A DNA stretch of 64,000 nt from NCBI GenBank assembly GCA_030390025.1, contig CM059432.1, positions 124,436,001 to 124,500,000 of the forward strand. Direction: 5' to 3'. The translations under genes were made by a program, and so were the position numbers. Numbering within the stretch: the first letter of the stretch is position 1; each line of letters opens with the position of its first letter. Shown in pieces: positions 37,400 to 50,924 of this stretch. This DNA comes from Squalus acanthias (lineage: Eukaryota). The notes below the pieces were generated by a model. It saw nothing but the letters and a program-made list of their open reading frames with translations, was not told where the DNA came from and did no database searches.

Positions 37400-39352
37400 A
37401 TAGCAAGCTCAAGGCCCAAGTGCGCACCCCGTTTTGATGAGGACTCCCTCCAAGCTCTGGTGGAGGGAGCAAGAGCTCTGAAGGAAGTGCTGTTTCCTTC
37501 TTCTGGGAGGAAAAAACCTCCCCAGCAGACCAAAGCTGTGTGGCTGCAAGTGGCACAGGAGGTGAGTGCCATCTCAATGTGCAGCAGAACCTGGCTGCAG
37601 TGCAGAAAGAGGTTTAATGACCTTCTCCGCACAGGAAAAGTGAGTATTACATCACCATGACCCTCAATCTGCTCCCCATCGCCTCTCATCACCAGCACTC
37701 TTCATTGTCAACCTCCTCCTCCACATCCCACTTGACCCTTACATCCCTGCACCCTTAACCATTCCCTCTCTCTGTATGTTCACATTCACTTAACTATTCG
37801 ACTATGCAGCCCTCACACTCCCTATCACTGTTATGCTATGACAACAACTTACAACACACAGGGAGGGCCCTTGGTCTTGGGACCTCACTCCATCTTTGTG
37901 TCCTTCTAAGCATCTATGCTATGGATTCTCTACACTCCTTCATTCTCACTCAAACTCCACTTGTGTCCCTCATTCCAGGAAAAGAGAGCCCACAATAAGA
38001 GGGAAAGGGCGAAGAGGGCCACCCTCAATAGTTCAGCTCACCAGTGCAGAGGAGGCGGCCCTGGAGATCGTGGGAGTCGAGGAGGATGCGCAAGTTGGGG
38101 ACGGACAGGCGGGCGCATCAGTGCAAGCTGGTGACAGAATAGTTTTATCATCTCTCTCATTGACATTGCATGAGTGACTGATCTTGATTCTGATGCTCTA
38201 ACAGATTGACTTATGATCATCTGCACAATTCAATGTGCATGCAACGTTTACCTCACATGTCTAACTCTTTCCTTTACTTCCCCACAGGACCATCGACAGA
38301 TCCCCTCCCCACTGCCCAGGTGGAACAGCCTGAGCCACAAGACTCTCAGAGGAAGCTGCAACCTCTGAGGGCGCAGCGTCAGCAGAATTAAGCGCACCCA
38401 GCACCAGCGCAGACACTCACACCTCGGTGGGACCTTCGGGAGATAGAGTAGTGTTGTCACCTGGTGTATCACAGCTCACAAGTGAGCATCAGCAGATGGT
38501 GGAGACAGGGACAGCAGTGGAGAGTCCTCATCGGAGGGCGCAGGACTCTCCCAGCTTGACTCAGCTGCATGTCGACCCTGTGCCTCCGGGTCCATCCAGA
38601 AGGAGAGCGGTGCTGGAACTCCAGGAACAGGTGCAGGAGTCTCTGGCAGGTTTTGTCTCCACGGTCGCTGAGAGTGTCGAGCGAATGGAGGAGTCCATCG
38701 CTAACATGAGCAGAGCCTTTGTGGAGGCATTGGCGCGTGAACGCATCACCACGGAAAGGATGGCAACATCCGTGAAAAGGATGGCTACAGTACAGGAGAG
38801 GATGGCTTTGGCCATGGAGGAGATAAGTCGCCAGATTGTGGAAAACATGGTCATTGTTCAGAATAGACTGACATCTCTGGAGGAGCGATGGACAGCTATT
38901 GAGCAGAGAAACCAGAGCTTCATGGAAGTCCTCTGGAGTAGGACTGCCAGTGCAGAAACGGGTCCTCATGGCCCCACTGAAGTGCAGCAAGGTGCTGTCA
39001 AACCACTTGTTAGCTCTGAAGTGGGCCTGACCCATGAGAGGGATGTTGGTTGCAGACAACAAGAAAGTGGGGGCTCCTCTCCAAGCGCTCACACTTCCAT
39101 GCCACTGCGGAGCCCTCGGTCAGAGCCCCACCAGAGTCCTCACCCAACTGAGATGCGTGTCCCATCCCCTGCACAGCCACAGGACAGCAGACTGTTGGCG
39201 AGCCCTCACAGGCTCGCAACCCCAGAGGACGCCCGCCAAAGGTGTTGAGGCAGGAGCAGCATGAAAGTGAGCAAGGGGCCTCCACATCTGCTGAAGCCAC
39301 AGGGTAAGCACCACGTAGGAGCACGCGTAAGAGGAAGATAAAGCACAAGTAG
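37400..39352 (+). pseudogene. Harbinger Myb/SANT DNA-binding gene (NAIF1-like); exons ~37400-37639, 37979-38130, 38288-39352
   Basis: APRFDEDSLQALVEG..W.QVA.EV..RTWLQCRKRFNDL with GT-AG introns, EKRAHNKRE, a coiled coil and an RRSTRKRK tail. The start codon appears mutated to ATA, and there are frameshifts. Confidence 0.85.
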
Positions 39353-39610
39353 TCACAAGGGTAGTCACTTGGGTGTTCTGTTGTGTTTAATTGTGAAATG
39401 CCATCCGTGAATTTATGTTATAAAATGACATGATGGCAAACTGTTGAAGTTGTGGCCTGTGTCATTTCGCAAATGGGACTTCCACAGTGAGGGCTCAGGG
39501 CAACTTGGAATTGTCAGTATGGTGGTCAGAGTGATAGGAAGCTGCAGGTTCTTGTCCACTGTCGATGGTGTGGTAAGAAGGTGTGAGCCAAATGTGTTTG
39601 ATTGGGCAGC

Positions 39611-40860
39611 CTAAGCAAATCTGGCCAAGATCAGTGCATCCCTTGCATCCTGGGCAGCAATGTTCTCGCATGCTGCTGTCGCTGGTTGATGCGCCTCCAC
39701 AAGCTCTTCGTTGTCGCTCTCCTCCTCCCCCTCCTCCACCTCCTCCTCATCTGAGGAGGCTATGCGATGAGCCGCTTGTACCTCAGGCAGCTGCAAGTCA
39801 CGACGCTGTGCCATGTTGTGAAGTGCACAGCAGACCACGATGATTCTGGAGACCCTGGCTGCTGAGTACTGCAGGGCTCCACCTGATCTATCAAGGCATC
39901 TGAATCGCATCTTCAGCAAGCCGATGGTTTGCTCGATAATGGATCTGGTGGAAATGTGGCTGGAGTTGTAGCTCTCCTCAGCTTCGTTTGATGGGCTCTT
40001 CAACGGCGTCATTAGCCACGTCTTCAGGTGATAGCCCTTGTCTCCAAGTAGCCATCCGGAAAGTTGGTCTGGCAGACTGAAGAGCGGAGGCACACTAGAC
40101 TGCCTGCAGGATGAAGGAGTCATGGCAACTGCCAGGGTACTTGGCGCAAACATGCAAAATTTCCTTCTTGTGGTCACACACCAGCTGCACGTTGAGGGAG
40201 TGGAAGCCCTTGCGGTTGACAAAAAGACCTGGATTGTGATGGGGTGCCTTAAGGGCCACATGTGTGCAGTCTACGATGCCCTGCACCCTTGGAAAGCCTG
40301 CCAGATTAGCAAATCCAACCGCACGCGTGGTTACACTTGCTTGATCCTTGGAGAAGTTGATGTAATTGTGCACGTTGGCAAAGACGGCATCGGTTACCTG
40401 TGCGATGCAAGTGTGTGCGGCCGCCTGGGAGATGCCGCTGATGTCTGCTGTTGATCCCTGGAATGAGCCTGAAGCAAAAAAGTTGAGTGCGGTGGTGACT
40501 TTGACAGCCATTGGTAAGGGGTGTCCACCCGCTCCTCTGGGCTCCAGGTCTTGTTGCAGCATTGCGCAGATGTCACCCACTACCTCTCGCGAAAGTCTGA
40601 GCCTCCTTTGACACTGCTGCTCAGTTGAGATAGCTCATCCTCTGTCTGTAAACCCTGTTTTGGGGGTATCTCCTGCGTCGACGTCCTTCCCTGCGCTGGC
40701 AACTTCTGGCCTGTGCAGCTTCAGGTGGGTGAGCAGCAGCTTGGCGCTCCTGTTGTTGCTCCTGCTGTTGGTGCTGCTGTTGTTCAGGGTTCTGCTGCTG
40801 CCGCAGCTGGTCTTCATCTGAATCTGATGTCCAGGAGGAAAGGAAATAAATGGTTCCCAT
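39611..40860 (-). pseudogene. Harbinger DDE transposase (HARBI1-like, DDE_Tnp_4) with two frameshifts
   Basis: [71 protein letters not shown]. Confidence 0.93.
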
Positions 40861-41896
40861 GCTGCAGGTATAGACCTCAGCTGAGGAAGCGCTCAGCCAA
40901 GGTGGGGAGAGGGGTTTCCCAGGAGGTCACAGTGGAGATGGATCTCAGCTTCAAAACTTCCAAAATGAGTAGACCTGCACAAAATTCTCCCAGACCTGAG
41001 AAAAGAAAGTTCTGCCACCTGCAAATGATCATTGTGGAAAACTCTGTTTTTATGGTGGAGCTGCAGTTGTTAGTAAGCCATCCATTTGTGAGCCCGTCAG
41101 GATTAACTGGCATGTTCCAGGGGAGACGTGCAGCACGCGGGAAAGGTGTTAAACTCAGAAAGGCCTCTCAAAATGGCATTATAGAGGCACATAAGTGGTT
41201 GTTAAGTGCCTTAAGGGCTTATCCCGCCTCTTTCGGGCGGGACCGAAACGGGGTCTGAAAGTCCGCATTTGACAAAGTTGCTCAGAGGCGGGTTGGAGGC
41301 GGGATCAGAGCCCGCCGCCATTTTTGGCAACTTTCCCACCTGACCCGCCTTCAAACCCGCCTCCTTGGGCCTGGCAAAATCCAGCCCTAAGTTCCAATGA
41401 GATCACCTCTCATTCTTCTAAACTCCAGAGAGTATAGGCCCATTCTACACAATCTCTCATCATAGGACAGCCCTCTCATCCCAGGAATCAATCTAGTGAA
41501 CCTTCGTTGCACCGCCTCCAAGGCACATATATCCTTCCTTAGATAAGGAGACCAAAACTGGCACAGTACTCCAGGTGTGGTCTCACCAGAGCCCTGTACA
41601 ATTGTAGCAAGACTTCCTTACTCTTATATTCCAACCTCCTTGCAATAAAGGCCAACATGCCATTTGCCTTCCTTATTGCTTGCTGTACCTGCAAGCTAGC
41701 TTTCTGTGTTTCTTGCACAAGGACACCCAAATCTCTCTGAACACCCAAATTTCAAAGTTTCTCACCATTTAAAAAATATTCTGTTTTTCTATTCTTCCTA
41801 CCAAAGTGAATAACCTCACACTTCCCTACATTATACTCCATCTGCCACCTTACTGTCCACTCACTTAGTCTATCTATATCCCTTTGCAGACTCTTT

Positions 41897-42729
41897 GGGG
41901 GCGATTTTGCCAGCCCTGGGGAGGCGGGTTTGGAGGCGGGACTGCCAGGAAAATGGCAGAAATGGGTACCCGCCCCCAACCCGCCTCCGTGCATTTTCCC
42001 AGGAGGCGGGTAGCTGACCCTCGCTGGGTCCCATCTCCTGGAGGCGGGAAGGGGATTACAGCCACTTAACTGCCTGTTAACAGGTAGTTAACAGACAGTT
42101 AAGAGGATTATCCCCATTTTTCCACCAGAGGCGCGGGCTTCCCAACATCGGGAAACCCCGCCAGGGTCACCGAGGCGAGCAGTGGGTCTGCGGGGGTCGG
42201 AGGGGAGCAAAAGTGCGCTGTGGAGGTGAGTGATGAGTGCAAGTATGGAGAGGTAAGTATGTGAGGTGAGTGGAAAGTGATAGAAAATGTTTACTTACCT
42301 TTGTTTCTTCCTGCAGGCTTCAACCGTTGGGAAACCGGAGACTCCGGCATCTCCACGGCAGAGATGACAGAATGGCTGCTGCATTCTCCAATGCAACAGC
42401 CATCTGGTTTCTGCTCAGCAGATAGGTTTGATGAGTCTTGAATACAAGGACTCATCAAACAACAGAGAATGTCAGTGTTTGACAGCTTCACAGAGCTGTC
42501 AAACGATGACAATTCATCTGTCAAAAATTTTTGACAGATGAAACGTCATACGCTGACGTTCTCTGTAACTGGCTTCCCCTTAATTGGCCTGCTAAGCCTG
42601 CTGGGCAGGCTTAACAAGGTCAATCAAGGGAAAATAGCATGGGTTGGCCACAGGTTGATGGAGGTGGGACCAAAACCCGACAAGCAGCAGTCCCACCTCC
42701 AAAGTGCCCCCATTGGCAAAATCACCGCC
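41897..42729. mobile_element. Non-autonomous Harbinger element inserted in CR1
   Basis: TIRs GGGGGCGATTTTGCCA / TGGCAAAATCACCGCC; flanks TTT / TTA; collinear with the 16286 element. Confidence 0.8.
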
Positions 42730-45456
42730 TTAGTGTTCTCCTCACAGCTTACTGTACCACCTAGCTTTGTATCATCAGCAAACTTGGATACATTACACTC
42801 GGTCCCTTAATCTAGGTCATTAGTATAGATTGTAAATAGCTAAGGCCCCAACACTGATCCTTGCGGCACCCCACTAGTTACAGCCTGCCAACTTGAAAAA
42901 GATCCGTTTATCCCTACTCTCTGTTTTCTGTCCGTTAACCAATCCTCTATCCATGCTACTATATTACCCCCAACCCCATGAGCCCTAAACTCGTGTAATA
43001 ATCTTTTATGTGGAACCTTATCAAATGCCTTTTAGAAATCCAAATGTACCATATCCACTGGTTCCCCTTTATCTACCCTGTTAGTTACATCCTCAAAAAA
43101 CTCTAATAAATTTGTCAAACATGATTTCCCTTTCATAAAACCATGTTGACTCTGCCTAATCATGTTATGATTTTCTAAGTGACTTGATACCACTTCCTTA
43201 ACAATGGATTCCAGCATTTTCCTGACGACTGATGTCAGGCTAACTGGTCTGTAGTTCCCTGTTTTTTCTCTCCCTCCTTTCTTGAATAGCGGTGTTACAT
43301 TTGTGACCTTCCAATCCGTTGGGACCTCTCCAGAATCTAGGGAATTTTGGGAGATCAAAACCAATGCATCCACTATCTCTTCAGCCACCTCTTTTAGAAT
43401 CCTAAGATGTAGGCCGTCAGGTCCAGGGGATTTGTTGGCTTTTAGTCCCATTAGTTTCTCTAGTACTTTTTCTTTACTTATATTAATTATGTTAAGTTCC
43501 TCACCCTCTTTAGACCCTTGGTTCCCCACCATTTTTGGTATGTTTTTTGTGTCTTCTACTGTGAAGACAGATACAAAATATTTGTTTAACGTTTCTGCCA
43601 TTTCCTTATTCCCCATAATAATTTCTCCTGTCTCAGCCTCTAAGGGACCAACGTTTACTTTTGCTACTCTTTTCTTTTTTACATACTTGTAGAAACTCTT
43701 ACAATCTGCTTTTATATGTCTTGCTAGTTTTCTCTCATATTCTATTTTTTCCCTTTTTATCAATTTTTTGGTCAACCTTTGCTGGTTTCTGAAACTCTCC
43801 CAATCCTCAGGCTTACTATTATTCTTTGCAACATTATAAGCTTCTTCTTTCAATCTAATGCTATCCTTAACTTCTTTAGTTAGCCATAGTTGGATCACTT
43901 TTCCTGTGAAGTTTTTGTTTCTCAATGGAATGTATTTTTGTTGAGAATTATGAAATATTTCTTTAAATGCTAGCCACAGCTTATCTACCGCCATACCTTT
44001 TAATCTATTTTTCCAATCTACCTTAGCCAACTCGCCCCTCATACCTCCAGACTACCTTTGCCAATTTGATTTGTCCAGTCTCTATGAAGATTAAAGTCCC
44101 CCAAGATTATTGCATTACCTTTGTTGCAAGCTCCTACTATTTCTTGATTAATATTCTGTCCAACGGTATAGCTACTGTTAGGGGGCCTATATACTTCTCC
44201 TACCAGTGTTTTCTGCCCCTTGTTATTCCTTATCTCCACCCATACTGATTCTACTTCCTGATCTTCCAAGCCGAGATCCTTTCTCGCTGCTGTCCTTATG
44301 TTATCTATTATTATCAGGGCCACTCCCCCTCCTTTTCCATTCTGCCTGTCTTTTCGAAACGTCAAGTACCCTGGAGCATTTAGTTCCCAACCTTGGCCAC
44401 CTTGCAACCATGTCTCTGTTAAGGCTGTTAGATCAAACCCATTTATCTCTATTTGTGCCACTAGTTTGTCTATCTTATTACGAATGCTTCGTGCATTCAG
44501 ATAAAGAGCCTTTAATTTAATTTTTTTACCATTATTCCCTGCTTTCACCTTATTCTCTGCTGCCCGGTTACCATTAAACTCTCTGTCCCTTCCTGTCACA
44601 CTCTGCTTATTTTACCCAAATCGCTACATTGCTCTATTACCTTGACCTTTCTCTTTAGGTTTCTAAATTTCCCCTCACCTGACCCCTCCCCCACCTTTTT
44701 TTAGTTTAAAGCCCGATCTACAGCCCGAGTTATTCGATTCGCCAGGACGCTGGTCCCAGCCCAGTTTAAGTGGAGCCCGTCCCGACAGAACAGCTCCCTC
44801 TTTCCCCAGTACTGGCGCCAGTGCCCCATGAATTGAAACCCCTTTTTCCCACACCACCCTTGCCAGGGTTCATTGCATTTGGTCCTGGGCAGTGTCCGGC
44901 TTCCGCCACAAGTCCCACTCCCGCCCACCGGCCATGACGTCACTCCTGCCGGTTTTAGGCGGAAGATAGAGCAAAATTATTTAATTGAGGCCCAGAAGTT
45001 AAAATGACCCATGCATCAGGCCGATGAGTCCATGGGGATTGCCCTCCCACCACACAGCTTGCGCGCCCCAAACGTGCTCAGACTTCAAATCGGGGCTTAA
45101 TTCGCTGGCCAAAGTGGTAAAAAAGTAGTGCTCACTGCATGTGTACTCCTGATAACTAGCAGAGTACACACCAGCTATGTGAATGTATAATGAGGTCTGA
45201 CCCTGGAAGATTTGTTGGGCCAGCCATGCAGGAATCAGGCAGTAATCTATAATACCTGCAGGAGACTAGAGCGCCAGTACTGCAACACACATTGGGATCC
45301 AGTAGTGTATTATCCAGTAATTACCTCAGTGTGCTCCATATACTGTAGTGTGTTACACAGCTGTAATGCAAAGGGTTCAGCTGACATTGTAGCCCATGAG
45401 AAAGAAGCTCGGTCTGAATCCCAGGATGTGTTACTGCCTTTAACATCAACAATTTA

Positions 45457-45625
45457 GGGTCATTTTCTGACCTTGAATTGGCCTTGCCCACCAAATATAC
45501 ACAGCGGAAATTCAGGCGTGCATTGTGCATGGTTGGAAAATCATGCACAGCGTGCAGCCAAACTTCTGATGCGTGCTATCAGTGGGCTGAGCTCCTCACC
45601 AGGAACACAAAGTCGAAAATGACCC
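45457..45625. mobile_element. Short Harbinger-type MITE
   Basis: TIRs GGGTCATTTTC / GAAAATGACCC; flanks TTA / TTT. Confidence 0.65.
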
Positions 45626-46180
45626 TTTATATATCAGTTATCATTTTAAGTAAATCAGAGGTGGAATAGTTGAGGAATTAATTTCTACTGTTTGAAAGGC
45701 ACTCATGATCCCATCAAGTTCAAGTAGCAGTGATACATAAAAAAGTTGATAAACAATGCTGGAAAATATCATTCCTTCCCCTTAATTTTCTTGGTTTAAA
45801 CAATCGGATGCAATACTTCATATTGGTAGAAGTAAATAATCCAGTCAGATATTCCCACCATTTTCCCAAAATTGCAAAAAAAGTACTGGGTGAAAGGGTA
45901 ATGTCCTGTTGATGCTTAAAATAATCAATATTCCAAACTTTTTATGGTATGTTTCTGGGAGAGCAGTATGCCAAATTATTTTCTTTGTACTTTTATGGGA
46001 AAAATGATGGTTACTAATCAATCAACTCTTTCAACTAACGACTGTGGAATTGTATGTTAGTTTAAAAGTTCAACAGCAGGAATTGGGAGGGGAGAGTTTC
46101 ACAATACTTCCTGCCATTCAGTCAGGGTAAGAATTTACTTGAAATGTAAATGTATAACCACTATTTAACTTATAGTCCAT

Positions 46181-46653
46181 GGTGGGAAACTTGAGTCGCG
46201 CCCCCTTTGGGGCGCTAACTTCTTAAAGGGGAGGAGCCTTGCGCAACACAACCCGGGACCCAGCTGGGCCACCGGGTATCGGAGTGCCGGCAAAAAAGCC
46301 CGGCACTCAAGAGAAGTGCCGGGCTCATGGAGTGCAGGTGGTGGGTCAGGAGGCCGGGGACGGCAGCGGAGGCAGGTGCTGGCAGGCGGCCAGCAACAAA
46401 AATGGCCGCCGGCACCTCGCCTTTAAATAGCGCTGCCCCGGCCGCAGGTAGGCCCCCCTGACCCCGTCGGACATAGCGTCCAGCGGTAAGTCAGGGGGCG
46501 CTACCGAAGATCGCAGCCGGGGCGCGAGCAGGACACTGCTGAATTTCGCGGGAGTCGTTGGCGGTGCCGTTCCCTGGCGCTAGTTGCTTTGCACCTCATT
46601 AGCGCCCTCTTAGGGTGCTAACGGGAGGCGCAAAGCAACCGAATTTTTCCCCC
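46181..46653. mobile_element. Harbinger-type MITE related to 49286-50071
   Basis: Right end TTAGCGCCCTCTTAGGGTGCTAACGGGAGGCGCA..AATTTTTCCCCC is shared with 17400-17467. Confidence 0.7.
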
Positions 46654-47365
46654 TTTGTCTGCATCTGACGTCCAGTGTACTTGGTAAGAAAATGTGAAAG
46701 GCATTCTTAGGGAATTGGGGGAGGAGATAGCGGAAGGGCTTGCCATCATTTTCCAATCTTTCCTAGATGCGGGCAAGGTGCCTGAGGATTGGAAAGTGGC
46801 AAATGGGACACCATTGTTCAAGAAAGGGTGATGAACATTAAAAAATAAAACTTTTCCCTTTATAGGCGAGAAATTCCAAAGCTTACAGTCTTCATCCACC
46901 TGCCACAACAAACATAAGAACAGTCCAGGCATGTTTAAAAACCACTCAAGTTGTTATTGATCCCACCCTTCCCCACCAAACAAATCACAGAAACTCCCAT
47001 TGGACTCAAATTCCTTATTATTTAATGCCAGTGCTGAAATCATCCAGTCATAGCAACCAGAAAAAGAATATTCGGCCAGTCGTGCCAGTGCTGAAAAATA
47101 GTGTTCGATTCATGTTTCATGACTTTCTAAGGTCAGATTATTCGATAGCTTATCCAGCCAGTTAAGTGTTGCGGGGAGTTTCATTCAGAGGACTATTTTT
47201 CATTCTGATCTTTGTGACAAAATCCTTTTGAGCACAACGAAGCTCAGCACAAATCTGGTATTGATGGCGAAATAAAAATCTATGAAAATCTTTTTTAAAA
47301 GCATAAAACTTGTCTGGAGCATTCTCACTTTTTCCACCCCTTTTTGTATCCCTTCCGATTGTACA

Positions 47366-47611
47366 GCAACAACAACAACAACTTGTATTTATATAGCGCC
47401 TTTAACGTCGTAAAACGTCCCCAGGCGCTGCACAGGAGTATTATAAGACAAAGAATTTGATACCGAGCCACATAAGGAGAAATTAAGGACAGATGACCAA
47501 AAGCTTGGTCAAAGAGGTAGGTTTTAAGGAGCATCTTAAAGGAGGAGAGAGAGGTAGAGAGGTGGAGAGGTTTAAGCAGGGAATTCCAGAGCTTAGGGCC
47601 TTGGCAGCTGA
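47366..47611 (-). mobile_element. L2 3' end
   Basis: Reverse complement of ~18915-19153, with a (CAA)n tail. Confidence 0.88.
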
Positions 47612-48198
47612 TCACTATGTACATCACAGTGTTTTACTGACTAGGGCCGATTGAAACTTCCGGTAGGAAGTTGGCAGGAGCGGATGACCGGAGTTTGAGC
47701 TGGAGGCCCAGCAGATTTTAACTGTCGGGCCTCTTTAGAATGCCGCCGGTTAGTTGCTCGGCCGTTTCTGGCAGAAAGGGGCAGTTGGCCGGTGGTGAGA
47801 GATGAAGATCAGGCAGACCAGAGGCTGCCCGTTGGCTTTGGAAGAAGGCCGCCGGCAGCAAGATTAGTCCGGGACAGGGAGGTGTTTGCAGAGATTTGGG
47901 GGGAAAGGCCGGGCAGCAGAGTCTTTGTGGGACCTAGAAGAGCTCCACAAGGACTCCTGCTCTTTCGAACCCCACTAAGGAAAGTAATTTTAAAACTTAT
48001 GTAAGTGGGCCTTCTGGCTTTCCGAACGGTTAAAATTCCATGGGGTCCCATGCACGTCATGCCAATGGGATAACGCCACACTTGGGTTTTTAAAAAAATG
48101 AAGATTGTGGGAGGAAGGAAAGACTGAAGGGTGAGGAGATCCACTGTTCAGATATTCTGGGAGAGAGCGTTAGCGTAGTAGACAGTGCATTGAATATT

Positions 48199-48335
48199 GG
48201 CCCGGAATTTCCTGGGAGCAGCTCCTGCTCTGCCAGCGTCACTTCGCTGGATGTATGCCCTAAATAAGGTTCCCAGCACACTTCCAGTGAAGTTACTGCG
48301 TTGGAGTGTAAGTAGCTCCGAGGAAATTTTGGCCC
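48199..48335. mobile_element. 137-bp Harbinger-type MITE
   Basis: TIRs GGCCCGGAATTTCCT / AGGAAATTTTGGCCC; TSD ATT on both sides. Confidence 0.7.
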
Positions 48336-49285
48336 ATTGATTTCAGCAAAGTGAGGATGCAGGGAGGATGAACAGTACATAAAGTCCAGCTTAGGAGCAA
48401 GAAGAGGAGAAAGTTCTATTTTTGGATGAGTAGCAGGGTGAAGCTGTACTTTTTAATATTTATTATTTACATTGTATAAGTGCCTATCTGACCTGTTTCA
48501 GTACATCACATACCCGTGGTGGTCTGGTATGTGTCACAGCAATGTCTTTCCATAAAGATCTAATAGGTCTATGTGACTTGATACTCATTTCATTATTAAC
48601 CAGTGTGCCTATGGTATTCAAACTTTCCTGGTTGTCAAGAGACAACCATGTCAATGGTGTTCACTTCTCATGACTTTACATACCTACAAATTTTTATTGA
48701 TTTTCTAAATTGATTTTGATGATCCAGATCCCTGCTGAGCGGGTAGGTAGCAATTCAAAGTCAAAATGCATTTGAATGTTTATTTTCTAAAAAGCCAACT
48801 GCCAAAATGTTGTAAGTTGGGGTGCTCAATTCCATACACATCAACCTACAAATCTTGCCAAAGGTATCAGTTACTAAAAAGTTGATGCAGTCCCCAAAAA
48901 GCTAACAACTGTAAAAACAATCAGCAACTCAACCAAAGTCCTGAATCTAGGCCCATGACCAAGGCCACTTCTTTACAGTGACCGAATAAGTTAAATTCTG
49001 TTTTTATTACCTGGGATTCCAAGCTTTTCACCAGGGTTTTGGAGATCACATTTTGAAATTTGGTCAATTTTTACGGGCCAAAAGGCCTTGTCTGTAGCAA
49101 TTGAAAACAGGTAGTTACATTGAGAGTGCAGTGGGACGTAGCCCTGTTGTAACTAAAGCTGCTAGAATACTTCATTTATCCATCGATTGGAGTGCAGGGG
49201 GAAAGAAAGACACAAAACTTCTTTTTGCAGTGGTGGATTTAGAAATTTCTGAAAGAATGTGTGAACACTGAAGATACAAGATTTA

Positions 49286-50071
49286 GGGGGAAAAATTTGG
49301 TTGGTTAGTGCCTCCTGTTAGCGCCTCCGGGGGGCGCTAATGGGGCGCTAGGAACTTAGCGCCCGAGCGCGGCGATTTTAGCGCCGCTCGCGAAATTGAC
49401 CAGTCATTTTGCGGCGGCGCTAAACACTACCGCCACGATCTCCTGCGCCCGCAGATCATGACGTCAGTCAAGCGTGCAATGCCCCGGTTGCACCCCGGAC
49501 CGGATATTGAGTCGGGTCCCCTGCCTGAACGCCTGCCACTAGGAACGACAGGTAGAGGGGAACGTTTACAAGTAGGGAAGGGGCTGGGGAAGCGCTATTT
49601 AAAGGCGAGCGCTTCCTGCCTTTTCTTCTCAGCAACATTTTTGGTTTTAACGCTGTCCTAAGGAGTTTTGGCCCTCACCACCACTTTGAGGTTTCTAAGC
49701 GCCAAGCTCTTTCCCTGGGCCTATCCATTAGTGCTTCCAACACAATTGCTTTTGAGGTCTCTCCAGGCCGAGATTCAAGGCTGCAATGAGCAGGGTGTGG
49801 CTGGCCAGCAAGATGGCCCCTCCCCTTTAAGAACTGGACGGCGCCAGTCTGTCTGGCTTCCATGGTAACTGGCATCGCCTGAGCTTCGGTAGCATTCTGA
49901 GGTAGCGCCTCGCTCCCTGACGTTTGCGCCTTAAGAGAGGTGTGTAGCACCTGATTCAGCGCTTAAATCATCTCCAGGGGCGATAGAGGCGAATTTTGCA
50001 GTCGGAGGCGATAAACTTTGCGCCCGGCTGATATTAGTGCCCCAAAATGGGCAATACCAAATTTTTCCCCC
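49286..50071. mobile_element. Harbinger-type MITE, complete
   Basis: Perfect 16-bp TIRs GGGGGAAAAATTTGGT / ACCAAATTTTTCCCCC; TSD TTA on both sides. Confidence 0.9.
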
Positions 50072-50924
50072 TTACTTACTAGGAAGTAAATTCAATAACT
50101 TTAGATTATTTAAATATATATTTGGTATATTTCCAGCATTTTGGAATGTACTGAATCTACTGTAGTTCTGCCTTTGCAGACAAAAATAATTTATGCTGGA
50201 AAGTTTACAGATTTTTCAATTTTTAAAATAAAATGGTTGTTGCAAGTTACAATTGACTCTTGATTTTTGTACAATCCGAAAGTAATGCATAGTGTGTATA
50301 ATAGGTGACTAGATCTCACACACAGGCTGAAGGAAGCTTTTCCACTGCATGTTTTGGAGTTCTGAACCATAAACAGAAGTGTTTAAACACATCTTTTATG
50401 CCACAAGCTTAACCTACATTAGGACTTTGCTGTTACTGCAGAAAGACAAGGAAGGCCAAAGTGTCCTCTGATCCTTCTCAATATGGTCTGAAGGACTGTG
50501 TCCAGGCTGAAGTTAGCATCCACCAGGATGTCCAGGTACTGATACGAACCAACATCTGAGACAGATAACCCCTGTATCCTCCAACCAACACCTTTGAGAT
50601 CTAACCTTGAGGTGTACAAAGTATAACATGCTTGGGGACACACAACAATACTGTTTCGTCCACTGTTCAAGATGGAGAGTAGAGTGCACCAGATCTTCTA
50701 CAACATAAATCATCTTTGAAAAAGAGTGCCACAATTCTTTCAGAAATGTCCAGAGCAGACAATCTGAGACGTTTCCTCGTAATGCTATTCTATACATCAT
50801 TGATTAAGACATCGAATAGGATGAGTGACAGTGAACAATCTTGCCTCATTTTTCTTTTGGGAGAGATAGGTTCAGTGAATCTCTGATTTACCCTAAGACA
50901 GATCTTGAAGCTGTAGTACACAAA

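Larger units (their letters stand above)
37119..41387. mobile_element. Nearly complete autonomous-type PIF/Harbinger transposon with two convergent genes
   Basis: 13-bp TIRs GGGCTGGATTTTG / CAAAATCCAGCCC; flanks TAT / TAA; Myb gene on + and transposase on -. Confidence 0.93.
36747..44860 (-). mobile_element. CR1 LINE (esterase end, APE, RT, tail) interrupted by Harbinger insertions at 37119-41387 and 41897-42729
   Basis: DGLHLN, YLNARSI, TETWL, GDFN, KSPGPDG, QHGF; the CR1 sequence resumes collinearly after each insertion. Confidence 0.92.

Noticed and set aside
39611..40860. Domesticated HARBI1 gene
   Set aside because: It is frameshifted, flanked by TIRs and nested in a CR1, so it is a transposon copy.
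50419..50800. Possible extra host exon or ancient LINE (YQYLDILVDANF)
   Set aside because: The flanking CCDC102 exons already join in frame, and the RT similarity is too weak.
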